Assembly: GCF_009914755.1 (NCBI RefSeq)
Contig: NC_060926.1
Source of the DNA: the human T2T-CHM13v2.0 reference genome, Homo sapiens
DNA length: 64,000 bases
Strand: one strand, 5' to 3'
Shown piece by piece: positions 11,975 through 25,880 of the stretch (position 1 is the stretch's first letter; each line of letters opens with the position of its first letter). The notes under the pieces were generated by a model. It saw only the letters and a list, made by a program, of their open reading frames with translations, did no database searches and was not told the DNA's origin. Both the position numbers and the translations under genes were made by a program.

Positions 11975-12071
11975 CCTTTCTCTCAAACTGACCCTCAAAC
12001 TACCTTCTCTTGTGTTTTTCTGTCACACCTGTAATATTGATACAATTCTCATTTTATCAAGGGCAGTGGCA

Positions 12072-12260
12072 GGCAGATAGCAAATATTTTCAGATGTATG
12101 GACCATAACATCTCTGTGGCAACTACTCAACTCAGGTTGTCACAGGAAAGCAGCCATAGGCAATATGAAAATAAATATGTATGGTTGAGTTCTAGTGGAA
12201 CTTTTATAATATCAGGCAATGGGCAGGATTTGGCCATGGATTCTAGTTTGCCAACCCCTG
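12072..12260 (+). mobile_element. MER58A-like hAT-Charlie MITE
   Basis: 'gcaactactcaactc...gaaagcagccatag...ggatttggcc...tagtttgccaacccctg' matches the MER58A body and 3' terminal repeat. Confidence 0.8.
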
Positions 12261-12781
12261 ATCTAGAGTGTCTTTTAAGCTCTGGTAGAAGACTTAGCAC
12301 ATCTTTACTACCATTTTACCATTTTACCTGAAAATTAACACTTTCTTATTATATTCTTCTTCAAAAGATGAAGGAATTGTCAGATATACAATTTGTACAG
12401 TTTCAAGAGAGGGAAAACATGGTAATCTTATAATTATCTAACAGAGCTCCTTTATTTTCAGATAATAAAAATGAACAGCTGCTAATTCACCAATCTATCC
12501 TTTTGTTTCCTAGGACAAACTTAAATTTATGTTGACAAAATTATTTTTCCTAGACTCTAGAAGAAAAAAACTTGAAACATACAACAGTTTGTATATGAGG
12601 ACTCCCTTTTAGGTAACTAGTGACCGTGTATAAGGTCACTTAAAAGCCCCCAGCAAAGCTGCAATGGCTTTGTAATGCCTCTCTAACCCCTGGACAATAC
12701 CTGCAATTCCACTGCTGATTATATCCCAATAAGAATGTTTTAGTTTCCACAAGGGAACCACTACTACAAGTTACCTAACTC

Positions 12782-13070
12782 TTTTTCTTTTGAGACATAG
12801 TCTTGCTGTCTCCCAGGGTGGAGTGCAGTGGCACCATCTCGGCTTGTTGAAACCTCCCTCTCCCAGGATCAAGTGATTCTTGTGCCTCAGCCTCCTGAGG
12901 AGCTGAGATTACAGGTGTGCACCACCACACCTGCCTAATTTTTGTATTTTTAGTACAGTTGGGTTTCACCATGATAGTCATGTTGGTCTTGAACTCCTGG
13001 CCTTAACTGATCTGGCTGCCTCAGCCTCCCAAAGTGCTGAGATTACAGGAGTGAACCACCACACTCAGCC
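12782..13070 (-). mobile_element. Alu (old S/J type)
   Basis: Antisense Alu, gagacatagtcttgc...cctcccaaagtgctgagattacagg. Flanks acctaact / atctaact. Confidence 0.93.
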
Positions 13071-13204
13071 ATCTAACTTAATGTGTGTGTGTTTCACATC
13101 ATTTTTGAATATAAGGTTTTGATGAATTAAATACAAAGAAAATATACAAACAAAGTTTCAAGTATATATGGACAAACTTTGCACTTCTGAGCAAGTACTC
13201 ACAT

Positions 13205-13345
13205 CAGATACAGCTTGTGAATAAACTTCTGGGTTTAAACTCCAGCTTCATTATTTTCCAGCTACAAAATCTTAAGCAATTTATTCAATTCTCTAAGCCT
13301 TAGTTTTCGTACCTCTGAAATGGAACAGTAAGAGTAATAAAAGGG
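13205..13345 (+). mobile_element. MIR fragment
   Basis: Core 'ctgggtttaaactccagct...cttaagcaatttatt...ctctaagccttagttttc...ctgaaatgg'. Confidence 0.6.
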
Positions 13346-16300
13346 CTGGATACATACGAAGGTTTCAACAAATCTAAGCTATTATAATTATCTTAATCTG
13401 GTGGATTATTAGCAACTGCCTCACAAAAGTTATATGTAAGTGTGGCACTCATATGATAATCACCCCTGGCACCTTCTGGGTAGTTCATAGTTTCAAAGTT
13501 TTCTCCTAAATTCATTCACATGTAATCACTGTACAGCCTCTGGGAGCAGGCCCCAGTATCAGATGAGGAAATTGAACCTTTGCAAATTTGGGTGATTTTC
13601 ACCAGTCTATTCAGTTATTTAGTGGTGATAGCATGAATTCTTCTCAAAAGAAATAAGTGCATGAGAGAATCAGTTACCTAAAAGCTTTTGGGGGAAGTGC
13701 ATCTCTCAAAATGCTTTACTTTTAGGCCAAGGGCCACTCAACCTCTGTTGTTTCTAATGTGAGCTGGAAAACTGGTGCTTTCTCCTGAGAAGATCAGCCT
13801 GGCACAGAAAAGCTCTACATTTCCAAAAACACTGCACATACTAAACTTTCAATGATTTTTGATTGATTGAGATAGAGTCCTATTCAGGTGCATATAACTA
13901 ATACCACATTTTCTCTAAAGAAAATCATGATAAAGGAGTGAGAAGACAGGCCACAGTGGTGCTACCGACCTGATTTAGGTTAGAAAACAGTAAAGGGAAA
14001 TATGACACAAAAAGACTGTTTCAGAGGCTAAAGAACAACAAAATACATTTACTACCTTACTTTTCATCCAAAATAGAAGACAATGAATTTTCCTTTACAT
14101 AGTATATTGTTGTGGAATAGGAATAAGAACATGCTTGGCAGATGTCTGAGTGATGGCTATCAGCCATGGGAACTATTGGAAAAGAATAAAAGAACAAACG
14201 CTTCAGAAGGCAAAGTTAAAGCCTTATATTTCAAGAATCATAGAACCATAGTCCTGGCTAAAGGGCGGTTGAGTACAGTGGTGTGACCTGTGCTATTCAC
14301 AATTCAAAGGAGTACAGTTAACCTATGTTTGCAGCTACCTGTCCAAGTTGGATTTTAGATATTTTTTCACTTTAATTATCAAGATATAATAATCTCTTAT
14401 TACTTGAGCTAAGAACATTCTCTTCTTGAACAAAATTGGAATGCTTTAGTAAGGGAAGAAGGATAGTAGCTGTTGGGGAGGCAAATAGCAGTATCTGCCA
14501 CACTTAGGGATACGTCTGAAACTAAAACTAGCCTCTGTTTCCTGGCAGGAGACAAGGTTTGAACACTGAGTCTGAGCCACATATTCTCTGGACATACTTT
14601 CTAATGTAGTTAAAAGTAGATATGGATCTGTCATTTAACCAGCATGCAACTTTAAAACCTTTATTTTTAAAGTAATAAAGAATGGGCAGAGGTGAAAAGA
14701 AAGCAAACAAAACAATGATTCTCTATTTAAATGAGATGGCTGAAAGGGATCGTAAAATAAAAAGGCTTGAAGAACCACTGGTTAGAATAAAAGAATGATA
14801 ACATTTAATTTTCAAAACAGTGGAAGGACTATCTAGTTGTGGATGGATAAGGAGCATGCATTAAATGTTGGCCCAATAATTATTCTGTATAATATTAGAC
14901 TATTTTATTACAACAGACCCTACAGAGACTAGATTCACTGAACAACAACATCTTATTTCAACAGGCATATCACTCTATTTTGCAGAGTAGGCCTGCTCCA
15001 TGCATGGGTTTTTGTTCCATATTTGGGATTAGCAATATCTTAAGAGGTGCATACACATAGCCTTTTATTAGAGATCTAAGAGCTGCTGAGACACCCAAAG
15101 GGAATGAATTTAGAGTCTTCTATTTCGTTTGAATTACTCAATCTTTCAGATTTTTTTTCCAGGGAGAAAAAAGTCTCAAGTATAAATGGTGAGTTAAGCT
15201 CTTTCATATATCATAACTGTTTCAAGTAACCAAATCCTTTCTATTAAATTGCCTCTTTTGAGTTAAATTATTTTCACAAAATTGTGCACTTTTGGGTGCT
15301 TCATGGTGGAACTAGAGGATCCAAATTAAATGTGTTTAACTTGGAAACATTTCTATCTGTACAGCTCTTTGGTGCCTTCTTAACTATCCTTCAGTTTCTT
15401 TTATCCATTTATATCTACTTTTTCTTCATCTTGTTTTGTAAGAAGCAACCAAAACAAAAAAAAATGGGACTCAGTGTGATCTAGGGCAACTTATTTAGCA
15501 TCTCAGAGATTCCATTTTCTTATCTGCCATTCTGAGGTAAGAGGTGCTTCACTGGTTTGAAAAGATGATTAGACAAGTCACCATATACAAAATATCTAGC
15601 AGACCCTGGAAGATGGTAGGTGCTCAATAACAGTTCATTTCTCAATTCCACCTCTTCTCTGCCCTCCACATCTATTTCTTTCCTTTTTTTCTTTGTAGAT
15701 GCAAAGTGTCAAGTTATTCCTCCTATTTTTGGCAGACTCTATCTCTTCTTTCCTGGCTGTCTCTTTGCCCTTTCTTTTTACCCAGTTGCATCTTGAATAC
15801 TATTGTTAAATTCAACAATGACCTGAGGGTTAAACTTAAAAAGTGATTAAGACTCATGAACAACCTCACATGGTAATATGGGAATTAAAACTTTCACAAA
15901 ATTAGACTACCAGGAATGCATTCAAACCAATCCAGAGATAATGACTTGCTGGCAGGCAGTCGAGAATCCTCAGGAGGATCTTGATTCTCATGCTTATACT
16001 GGCTGGGTCAGTGTTATCCACACTTGGTGCAAACTTAGAGTGAAGGTCATTTTCTGCAAGAGGGAAGTGCCTGTGGCTATTCTAAATGAGAAATGTGAGG
16101 TTGTCATCCCTAAAGAGATGGAGAATATTTAGGGTTAGAATTATCTTAACATCTCCTCAACTAGGCTTATAGGGTTTAATGCAGGGATATATAACTCGTT
16201 TGATCTCAGCAGGACAAGCTTGTTGGAAGTATAACATCTGTTCAGCTAATGTTCTTCTCCCTAAGTCTCATTGCCTGATAGCTTGAAGTAAGACTTCACA

Positions 16301-18899
16301 TTTTTAAGGGAGTGAACACAAAAATGAGCCCCTACATGCACGTGTGCACACACACACAGTCACACACACACACACAAACACACAGAATGCTGGTATTATA
16401 TCCCTACCTTTTGCTACCTTTTGACATTATACAAGAAAATTCTCACTATCTGACAAGATTTACTGCCTCCCCATTTGACCTCTTTCGTCTTACTCACCAA
16501 AACAGTTTTCTTTTTATACATCCATTCATTCAATCAGTAAACAATTATTGGATTTTTTTTGATGCTTCAGGTGGTATGATAGGTAATAAAACTAAATAGG
16601 AAAATAGATACATTCTGTATAGTTTCATTCTTGTTGTAAAACTTACTATCCAGTAGCACATATGGCTATTAGACAAATAATTACACAAAGGTAACCATTA
16701 TTTTGTCGGTACAGCATACCTCTAGATTGTGTCCTTGTCACACACATGTACCTTTTTCTAGTAATAGGCTCTGCCCCCTAGGTGAGTGGCCGTGTCTCTC
16801 AGACTGGGTCAATTACAGCACAGTACTCCATTTCTCTAGCTTCAGTGATTGGTACAAGTTCTGGCATGTGATTCTAACCGACCCAAAAGAATCCTTCCTC
16901 TGAACTTTTCTATGTGGACTGGGAAAGAGCATAGAATCTTCTAGCCCTCATGATGCTCACCAGATAAAGAAAGTTCATTTGCTTTGATTAAGAGAAAATA
17001 AAGCCAAGCAGAGGCAGGCATAAATGAACTACAAATGGTAAAGAGAGAAATGAAATCCTACTAGGTTTATCCTTGCTTCCAGAACTCAAAGCCCCAGGAG
17101 GTGACCTGGTTTCTACATTGTCTCTTTAGATTTTGGAATATGCATAGATATTGTGCAATACTCACACTGTATAATTTCATTTTAATTAGATTTCTGCCAC
17201 TTGTAATTACAAATATTGCTATTAGTGAAAAATGAATATAGCTTTGTGATTATAAATTGCGGTACATGCTTTAAAGGAGGTGTATAATCAGCAGAATGTA
17301 AAACAGGGGGACATTTTATCTAAGGGAGCAGGGTAAACTGAGGAAGTGACTTTAAGCTAAAATCTGAAGGGTGAGTTTCTGTTGAACAGGGAAGAAGTAA
17401 GGAGAAGGAAAAAGCAAGTCAAAGGGTCTGGTGGCAGGAATAAGATGGGCAGAGTGTTTGAGTTCCCAAGCAAAGGTCAGGGTGGCCGAAACACTCATCT
17501 GCAGACCCTGATGAGCAAAGATCAAAGCACACAGAGTCTTGGGAGCCTCTTTTTCTGACAAGGGATATACACATTAAACACTTCCTTATGTCTGTATTAC
17601 AAACTTTATTGGAGGGCAATTTTTACCAAACTTACAAGGAAGCAAAGTGACTCTATAACTATAAAATAAATATAAATAAACTAAAAGAAACGTAAAAAAA
17701 CCAATAGTATAGAGTGGACTTTTGTTCTGTGTATACAGCCATCAGAGCAGAAGGGAGGATCCTTATGCACCACAACATTTCATTAGGATAGGAGATTCCA
17801 TCCCTTTGGAAAATAAGGTATTACCTTTGCTGAATTTAGTTTGCAAATACAAATCTTTGACCAGTATCTATGGCATTCCTGAAGAGATTGTTTCAGAAGA
17901 AAAGTATGCTTATGCTTTTTAAAGTTTGAAAGAAAGATGAGAAGGCAAAAGGGGAAAATAAATTATAGGACGTTCCAGCTTAATATGCTTAAGTATGTTT
18001 TCAATACATAAAGATTTTTCTCTTTAAATTCTAGGGTCATATGGGCATAGTAATACACCAGAGGGAACAGACATTAGTAGTAATTTAATGGGCATAGATA
18101 TATCTAGAAAGAAAAATAAACATTAACCAACAGCATTATATAAAATTTTAAGACAAAATCATAAACCCAAGCCCACTTACTGCATTTTATTGCCTCACAA
18201 AAGTCATCATTGCTTATAAAAATACAGCTTCATATAAAGGCCACAGTCATTTAAAGAATAATTTACCAATAGCTTGCAGAAAAGAAAATTTTAAAACATT
18301 TATGGCAATAATATTTCATTAGAAGTTATAGCGATGCCATCATTTTAAGGTACAGGAAATCTTGTTCATTCTGGCTCAAGTCTATTTCCATCAGTGAGAA
18401 ATGACTGACTAGCTCAGCCTCAAGACCAGCTGCATGTTGAATTAAGGAACCCTTTCAATTATTACTGTTATGCATATTCCTAACACAGCTTATTAACTGC
18501 ATATTTCTAGGTTTGATGTCTATATTTGGTACTGAAATCTCCCTTATGAAACATTACCTTTAGTAAAGTAAATTAACATTTCACTAAACAATAGTTGTTA
18601 GAATTGTTCCAGTCCATTTTCCTCAATTATTTATAAAGTGAATTTTTAAAGTCACTTAAGGGATGGAAGAATCAAGGAAACTTAGGTTTGGTTAAGGCAA
18701 AAAGAAATGGAACAAAAAGGGCAAAACATGCTGCTAGGGAAGGTGGCTTGCTTCCTTTGAAGTCTTCATGAATATTGCTTAGTAATGCTAATTCAGAACA
18801 ATCATTAGCATTAAAAAGCTTTAATTAAATGTTTAGTCCCTTGTGCTGGGTACTACATCAATTTCACATTTTGTAGGTTATGCCCCCTGAATTACTTGT

Positions 18900-19365
18900 A
18901 GTTGAAGATGGCTAGTCTTCTGAGTGGTCTACAAGGCTCTTAATCTTCTAGCCCCTGCCTAATTCTCCAATCTCATCCTTACCAATCTCTTCGCCAATTA
19001 TTCTCAGGCCATGGCTAATTACTTTCAGATTCTCAAATACTCCAAGCCTCTTTTCCCCTCAGGGCTTCCAAAACATTGTTTCTAGCGTATAACACCTTCC
19101 TCTCTCTGGTCTTCTTTTGCTTAACTCCTGCTCTCCCTCGCAAACTCACATTATGTTTTTCAGGAAGCCTTATGTGATCTCACTAGGTTAAGTTATACAT
19201 CACTTCTCTATATAATCTACTGGCAATTTGTGCGTACCTCTAACATAGCCTTTAGTAGTATAATTGAACATTTTATGTTTAAATCCTCTAGTGCCTAATA
19301 TAATGCATATAATAAATACCCACTAAATATTCATTGAGTAAACAGTAAACAAAATAAAATAAATG
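18900..19365 (+). mobile_element. L2 3' fragment
   Basis: 'ctacaaggctct...cctcagggcttcc...tcaggaagcctt...ctagtgccta...aaatattcattgagtaaa' follows the L2 3' pattern. Confidence 0.6.
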
Positions 19366-22300
19366 AGACCTAAGTGAAAAGCTATGAACCAAAAAGATAT
19401 TTGTACTTTTGTTTTTTTTTTAAATTTTGGTATCTTTTAAAAGCTCTTTGTTTCATAAATCCTTTCAACATAATTCACTTGGCACTAAACTATACATATT
19501 TAATTTATCTTTAATATTACCTGAAAAATCTATATTTAACATTAATTTTTCTCTAAAATATGCAATTCTAAAATGGCACTGTACCCACAACTGATAATAC
19601 TGTCTTGATGATGCTAATTTAGACCAAATGAACAATTCATTTTGGAAAAATGTCAGACCACCCCATAACTTCTCAATTAATTGTCTATGTTATATATTAT
19701 TCACAACAGATTCTACCTAGAATCCTAAAATTTTGATTTGGAGAACGCCTAGGGGGATCTAGTTTGGGCAGAACTTGCAGTTCAAGTCCATTTAGTCATC
19801 CGCTTTAACACACAAGATCATTTTCAGACTCAAAATCTCATAGCATAGCTTAGCTCAGTGGCAAGAGGGTAGAACAAACATGGGAAACTGCATATGCGCA
19901 TGCAAGGCATCAAATGTGTGTTCAGTCTATCCTCCTCCCTTCAGGCTGACTTTATTTAAATTGCCCAAGAAAAGCTGGTGCTGATTCTACTTCCCAGTTC
20001 TCTTCAACATTCAATAACTGAACTACTATATTTGTTAGAAAAATAGTAAACTTCTGCATCTTGGCAACAGTTAACATTTACTAAATTAGACTTTTATCAT
20101 AGTTTCTCTACCGTTTTTTCTGTTTTTACTCTCATGGTTGATTCCTTTTTTCCAGTTTTCTAATTGCTACTTATTAATTGAATCAAAGGAGAAGTTAGTA
20201 AGACTAAAAGGTTTCAGTTTAGTAAAATTCAGCACTATTTTGAGTTTCTGCACAAGTCTGAGAAAATTATTATTTAAAAATAATTGTAAGAATAATTATA
20301 AGTATAAAAAATCACTAGTAAGTAAGCACTACTCTTTAATTCTACTTTTCATGTGAATCACTGAGACTCGATTTAAGGGTTACTTTTTCACTTAGAAAGA
20401 TGCAGGGATTTTTAGGTATTTATAGGGGTCATGACTTGTGAAATGTAATGTAAAATGATGCTATACGACTTTGATAGAGATTACTCAAGTGGTACAGTGA
20501 TAATGGATTGGGATAGTATAACAAATATTGATGAAGGCAACTTTTCTTTAAATTAGGTAATAGAAAATCAACATTGAAGTCATGGAGGTTTAGTCCTTTG
20601 TTAAGTTTGAACATTGGTTTTCTTGGATAAAAAGGAGAAAATAATACTGTGCAATTGGGTATTAGCATAAATTATAATATATGAAGCCCTTAATCAGTGC
20701 CTGGAATATATGCTTCATATATAGCAGCTATTATTTTTATTGAAATCTTAAGGCAGTATTTATTAAGTGTGTATTACTAGGCTACCTGCAATATAATAGC
20801 TTACTGATCTTTGAAAATTATTCCTGAGTCACAACACAAAGATCCCAAATCAGAGTTTTAGGAAGTTAGACCTAAGACTTTGAATTATTAGGAAAGATCC
20901 TGAGTGATTTTTATTTATGTTATATCTGAGCCTTAGATACTACAACTGAAAAATACAACTCAGTTTTGTTAAGATAAATAGAATGTATTTGGTCACAAGC
21001 ATACTACATAGCATCTGAACTTTCTCCGTACTTTTGTGAGATTATGCCTACCATTTTATATAGCCTCACAATATTCTAATTAATATAGCCGTTTATGTGT
21101 TCAGGAAGACATACTGTAGACTAACCTTTTCTGTGCTAATAAATTGCACTGTGTGCACTTACATAATATTATAATAATTTTTAAAAATTATTATAAGGTG
21201 ATTTAATATAGTAGCCTATAATATGCCTGAGTTAAACTTCAAAAAAAAAAAGCTTTGTTAGAGGTTTTTGGCTTGTAATTTGTATGTTTCCAAGGTGTAA
21301 TTTTAGCCTATATACCCTGTACAACTGTTCCAGGTACTATAAAGTACAAACTCTTCAGTATAATATCTGCTAAATATTTTAGACTGCTCTTTTCTGAGAC
21401 CCAGGAGGCATCATATAACAGAGGTGTCATCTGGAGTAGTTAATAGCTATCTATCTTGTGGCAGTGAAAGTCTTTGTCACCTCATTGGGTGGGAGGATCT
21501 CAATTGTGAGAATTACACAGAATTATCCAACATTTTATAAACCCTTCCATAATGAAATTTACAAAGCAATTATCCGTTAGCACATCTGCACTGGCACTGG
21601 AAAAATAAACAGTTAACATTAATGAAATTGTAAGCATTGATTAATCATTCCTTTTGGAGTCATATTTGGTTTTAATAGACAAGAAGAGGTCTGCTATCAC
21701 TGAATTTAATAAAAGGCTCCTCCCATGCTGGTTTTACTATTATTATAATTATTAATTTTCACACCTGTGATTGTTTGCATCAGCTAACTTCACCTTCAAC
21801 TGACTGAGTCCGTAGAGGCAATTGCATCTAGAAGTGCTAAGCTGAATGTACAATTAGCCTATTGTCTGAAAACTGCAGTGCACAGATCATACGTTAATAC
21901 AAAGAAATCTGGATGTTTCTCTCCTAATGCTCATCAAGCCTTAAAGGTCAGTAGGGAGTTCAGGAAGTTTCTAACACCATCCCTTTCTCTTCAATTAACT
22001 TCAGTTCTAAAGTATACAAGGGGATCTAGAGTATTAATTTTAAAGACATTCTAAGTGAAATGGAGTTTTATTAAGTCAAACACAAATCAGATTCATCTCA
22101 ACCTATTTCCAGCCAAGCAGAATGATTCAAGAAGTTAAGCGTCCCAGCTTTTGGTCATGCTGCAATATCACTAGTGATTTTTAAACAGAAATGTTTTGAT
22201 CTAAAAGTGATTTTTAAGATTATTTCAAACACTTCAATTAAACTGACCTTTGCTGAACATTTATGTATTATATTTTTGACTTTACACATGAGTAAATGTT

Positions 22301-22919
22301 GAAATCCGGGAAGAATTATTTGTCCAAAGTCTCATAATAAAAACCCCACAGTCCGGATTCTTAGCTAGTATCCTTCTAAACCATGCATTTGCCTTTACAA
22401 AACTTATGAAAGACATAGATGAATGTTTCTAATGTGCCTGTACATTATAGAATATCAGAAAGGCTTTTTGAAGTTTTCTTCTATTAGTTTTAGTCTTTGC
22501 ACAGATTTATTGTTGGATTTCAATGATCTGTCGGGAAATTCTATGGATGGGATTCCCTGGTAGCACCCCAGGGCTGCACAACGCCTGTGATTTCTTCTGG
22601 AAATGTTCTGGGTTCAACATTAACTCTTGTTGTCATGAGATTTAGGACTTTTATATGTACATTTTATATTATATTGTCAAAAAATCATAGGAGAATATGA
22701 AAGTTAAGGTGAGAATGATAAAATATAAGTTACAAATAGGACTTCAAAAATATTTTGTTGTGGAAGAAAAATGTATGACAGTTGAGGGCCAGTTGTTAAC
22801 CTCGACATATTTCTGCAAAAGTCTGAGAACTCTTATTATTATATTTCCTTTTTAGGATAAGACGTTGTAATCAGAAAATACATCTCATAATACAAAGTTT
22901 AAAATCTGTGGTTACTATT

Positions 22920-23053
22920 GATCTGCACATGGTGGTACACACCTATAATCCCAGCTGCTTGGGAAGCTGACGAATGAGGATTGCTTGAACCTAGAAGTTC
23001 AAGAGTAGCCTGGTCAACAAAGGGCAATCCTGTCTCAAAACAACAACAACAAA
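22920..23053 (+). mobile_element. Alu monomer (FLAM-like)
   Basis: Single arm 'ggtggtacacacctataatcccagct...ttgaacctagaagttcaag...cctgtctcaaaa' with (AAC)n tail. Confidence 0.85.
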
Positions 23054-23659
23054 ATGTATATTATTAACTAGTTTATTCATACATAGGGATTAATACGATC
23101 AATATTAGCTATAGGAAACGTTGGGTAAAGTGACCTCAGGGGTTGGTACTTGGAAAAGATGTGTTGTATTAAAAAAAATCTGAAACAATGTAAATGTTAG
23201 AAAAAGGCTCATCATTTTAGGGACTCCTAAGTGTTTTGAAAGTTGTTAAGGGTTAAGAGATAAAAGGCAAAGAGATAGATGAAGCTTTCTCCAGAGTCAG
23301 CTTTCTCTAGAGTCAATCATGAATGCACTCATGGAAATAGGGTTGTGATTCTAAAATAGTTCTGGGAACTAAAATGGCATATACTCTGCCATGATTTCCA
23401 ATTAAGTCAAGTAAGTCATGGGATTTATACTGCTTATCCAAAGAAAGAGGAATATCCATTTTCCATATTCCATTGAAAGTCTGTTTTTCTCTTTTATTTC
23501 CAAGGTTGGTTGATATTAGGTGGCCAGTCTGTTCAAAACACTGAAAGGCATTGTAATTCCTCAGGTTTTTCAACCCATTTTCACTTGCCACTAAAATACA
23601 CATAAACATAAGTTCTAAAACAGTTCCCCATTCCGTTCAACCCCACCTCACCCCATGTC

Positions 23660-24486
23660 TTTGGTCTCATTCAATATAAAAGCCATATGCCTTACGGTAG
23701 CTGACAAGGCCCTATATGATTGGTAGATCCATGCCTACTTCTTTCACCTCATCCCATTACCGCTCTGCCAAATTGTTCATGGTAATTCGTATAATTGCCT
23801 TTTTTTTCTCAATCACACTATGCACATTCTTGCTTTAGGGCTTCTGCACTGGGGTTCTCTTCCATTTGGCCTTAAGAGGCAAAAGAGTGTGGTAGACAAG
23901 AGCATGTGTTATTGATGCAGGGAATCTGGGTTTGTATCCTGGCTCAGCTACTCACTTTTTACCACAACTTGGCAGTTTATTGAATCTACTTAAGCTTCAA
24001 ATTTTTCTGTAAATAATTCCTACTTCATAGGATTACTGGGGCTTTGGGGAGGGTAATTGGATGACTATGTATAATATACTTGGAACAGCAACCAGCACAT
24101 ATTAACAATGTGATAAATGATAGCTGTCACTATTTTTATGATTGTTCTTACTATTATTATTATTGGCATTTACATAAAGTCTAGTTCCTTCCTGTCATTT
24201 GTGTCTCAGCTTAAATGTCACTTTTAATATAGACTTTCCCTTAACACCCAATTTAAAGTGCCCCCTGTTACTTTCTACATATCAACATGTTTTACAGTCT
24301 TCATGGGACTTATCATTACCTGATGCTTCCTATTGACTTACTTACTGTTACCACATATACATCCATGAAAACTCTGTGACAGCAAAGATCTTGTCATTTG
24401 TTCCACTGCTGAAACTGCCAGGCATAGTATTAATATGCACCTGTCATATTTATCTGCTCAATAAATATTTGTAGAATGAATGAACT
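23660..24486 (+). mobile_element. L2 3' fragment with a nested MIR (~23878-24160)
   Basis: L2 tail 'tgctcaataaatatttgtagaatgaatgaa'; MIR core 'ctgggtttgtatcctggctcagctact'. Confidence 0.7.
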
Positions 24487-24813
24487 ATGTGCCTTACCCC
24501 TGAACAGTGTCCAACATTTAATAAGATTCTATATATTAATAAGATATATTCCATATAATAATATAATTCCATATATTAATAAGATCCATGGATTGGATTG
24601 AATTCAACCCAATCAATCTATGGATTGGGTTGAATTGTAATTCTGTAAATTAACCACTCTTTCCAACTTAGCCTTATCCACACAATCTTGGGGATACAGA
24701 AGCCATTTGTACTTCTTAAGACTGTACATTTCTTATACAATTTCCTCTGACTCCTTTTCAGTATTTCTGTTTTCTACAGAGAAAGGAGCATGGATTTAAA
24801 GTCAGTCAGACCT

Positions 24814-25391
24814 TTACCATATTACCCAGGATTCCTACTTCTGGGTATTGATCCAAAATAATTGAAATGAAGATCTTGAAGAGATTAGCACTGTTATATT
24901 CACTGAACCACTATTCAGAATAGCCCAGATGTAGGAACAACATAAATGTCCATCGACATATAAATCGTTAAGGAAAATGTCATATATACATACAATGGAA
25001 CATTTTTCTGGCTCGGAAAAGAAGGAAATCCTGCAATATGCAACAACGTGAATGAACCTGGAGAACATTATACTAAGCAAAATAAACCACTCACAAAAAG
25101 ATAAATACTACCTGATTCCACTTTATGTGATGTTTCTAAAATAGCCAAACTCATAGAACCAGCGAGTAGACTGGTGATTGTCAGAGACTGGCTGTGGGGG
25201 AAGAGAAAGTGGGAAATTGCCAATCAGTGGGCATAAACTTTCAAATATGGAATATAACTAAGTTCCAGAGATCTGCTCTACAATATTGTACCTATAGCTA
25301 ACAATATTTTATAGTACATTTAAAAATGTGTTTAGAGGATAGATCTCATGTTAAATGTTATGCTACAATAAAACATTTAGAAAAAAAGAAA
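24814..25391 (+). mobile_element. L1MA/L1MB 3' end
   Basis: ORF2 C-terminal region 'aaggaaatcctgcaatatgcaacaacgtgaatgaacctggagaacattatactaag', then 3' UTR, AATAAA and A-tail. Confidence 0.85.
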
Positions 25392-25409
25392 TTTGCACTA
25401 AAGTTTATC

Positions 25410-25880
25410 TTCGAGGAATTCAGACACAATCATTTCAGGGGTGGAGCAGATGGGGATGATGACACAAAAGTCCATGATGAAGGTCAAGTAGAGGCGAATG
25501 TCACTGAAGAAAGGGAAGGACATTGGGACTGAGGGCCTAGAGTCGCAAGTGATTCATTTTTAGGAAAGGTAGACATCTTGTAACACTTTGACCATCTTAT
25601 ACAAGTTGTAGACTCTTCACCTGTGATGCCATACTCACTCATTCCCATATGATGGAAAGAATTCTGAACTTTCTAGACCACTGGGTCCCTGATCTCTAGG
25701 ATACTGGATGACTGTTTGGCTGATCTCACCATGCTGAAGGTGGGGCTTGGAGGAAGACACTGAAGTATGGGTCAAAGTCCTTGATAAAGGCAAAACAGTG
25801 ATGAGGAGGTAAAGTAATAAGGACGCAGAGGAGACTATGACCAGGGCCTCAGGGCTAAGACTTCAGGATACTTAACCAGC
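25410..25880 (-). mobile_element. L2 ORF2 endonuclease-domain remnant
   Basis: Minus-strand translations PHHCFAFIKDFDPYFSVFLQAP and MDFCVIIPICSTPEMIVSEFL resemble the L2 EN segments PGHSPSFIEDF..WLTVFLSTP and TLDLVIT..CSTSEI. Confidence 0.5.

Noticed and set aside
22504-22563. Possible last coding exon (D)LLLDFNDLSGNSMDGIPW*
   Set aside because: Supported only by an acceptor-like site and a short open frame. There is no recognisable homology or supported upstream gene structure.
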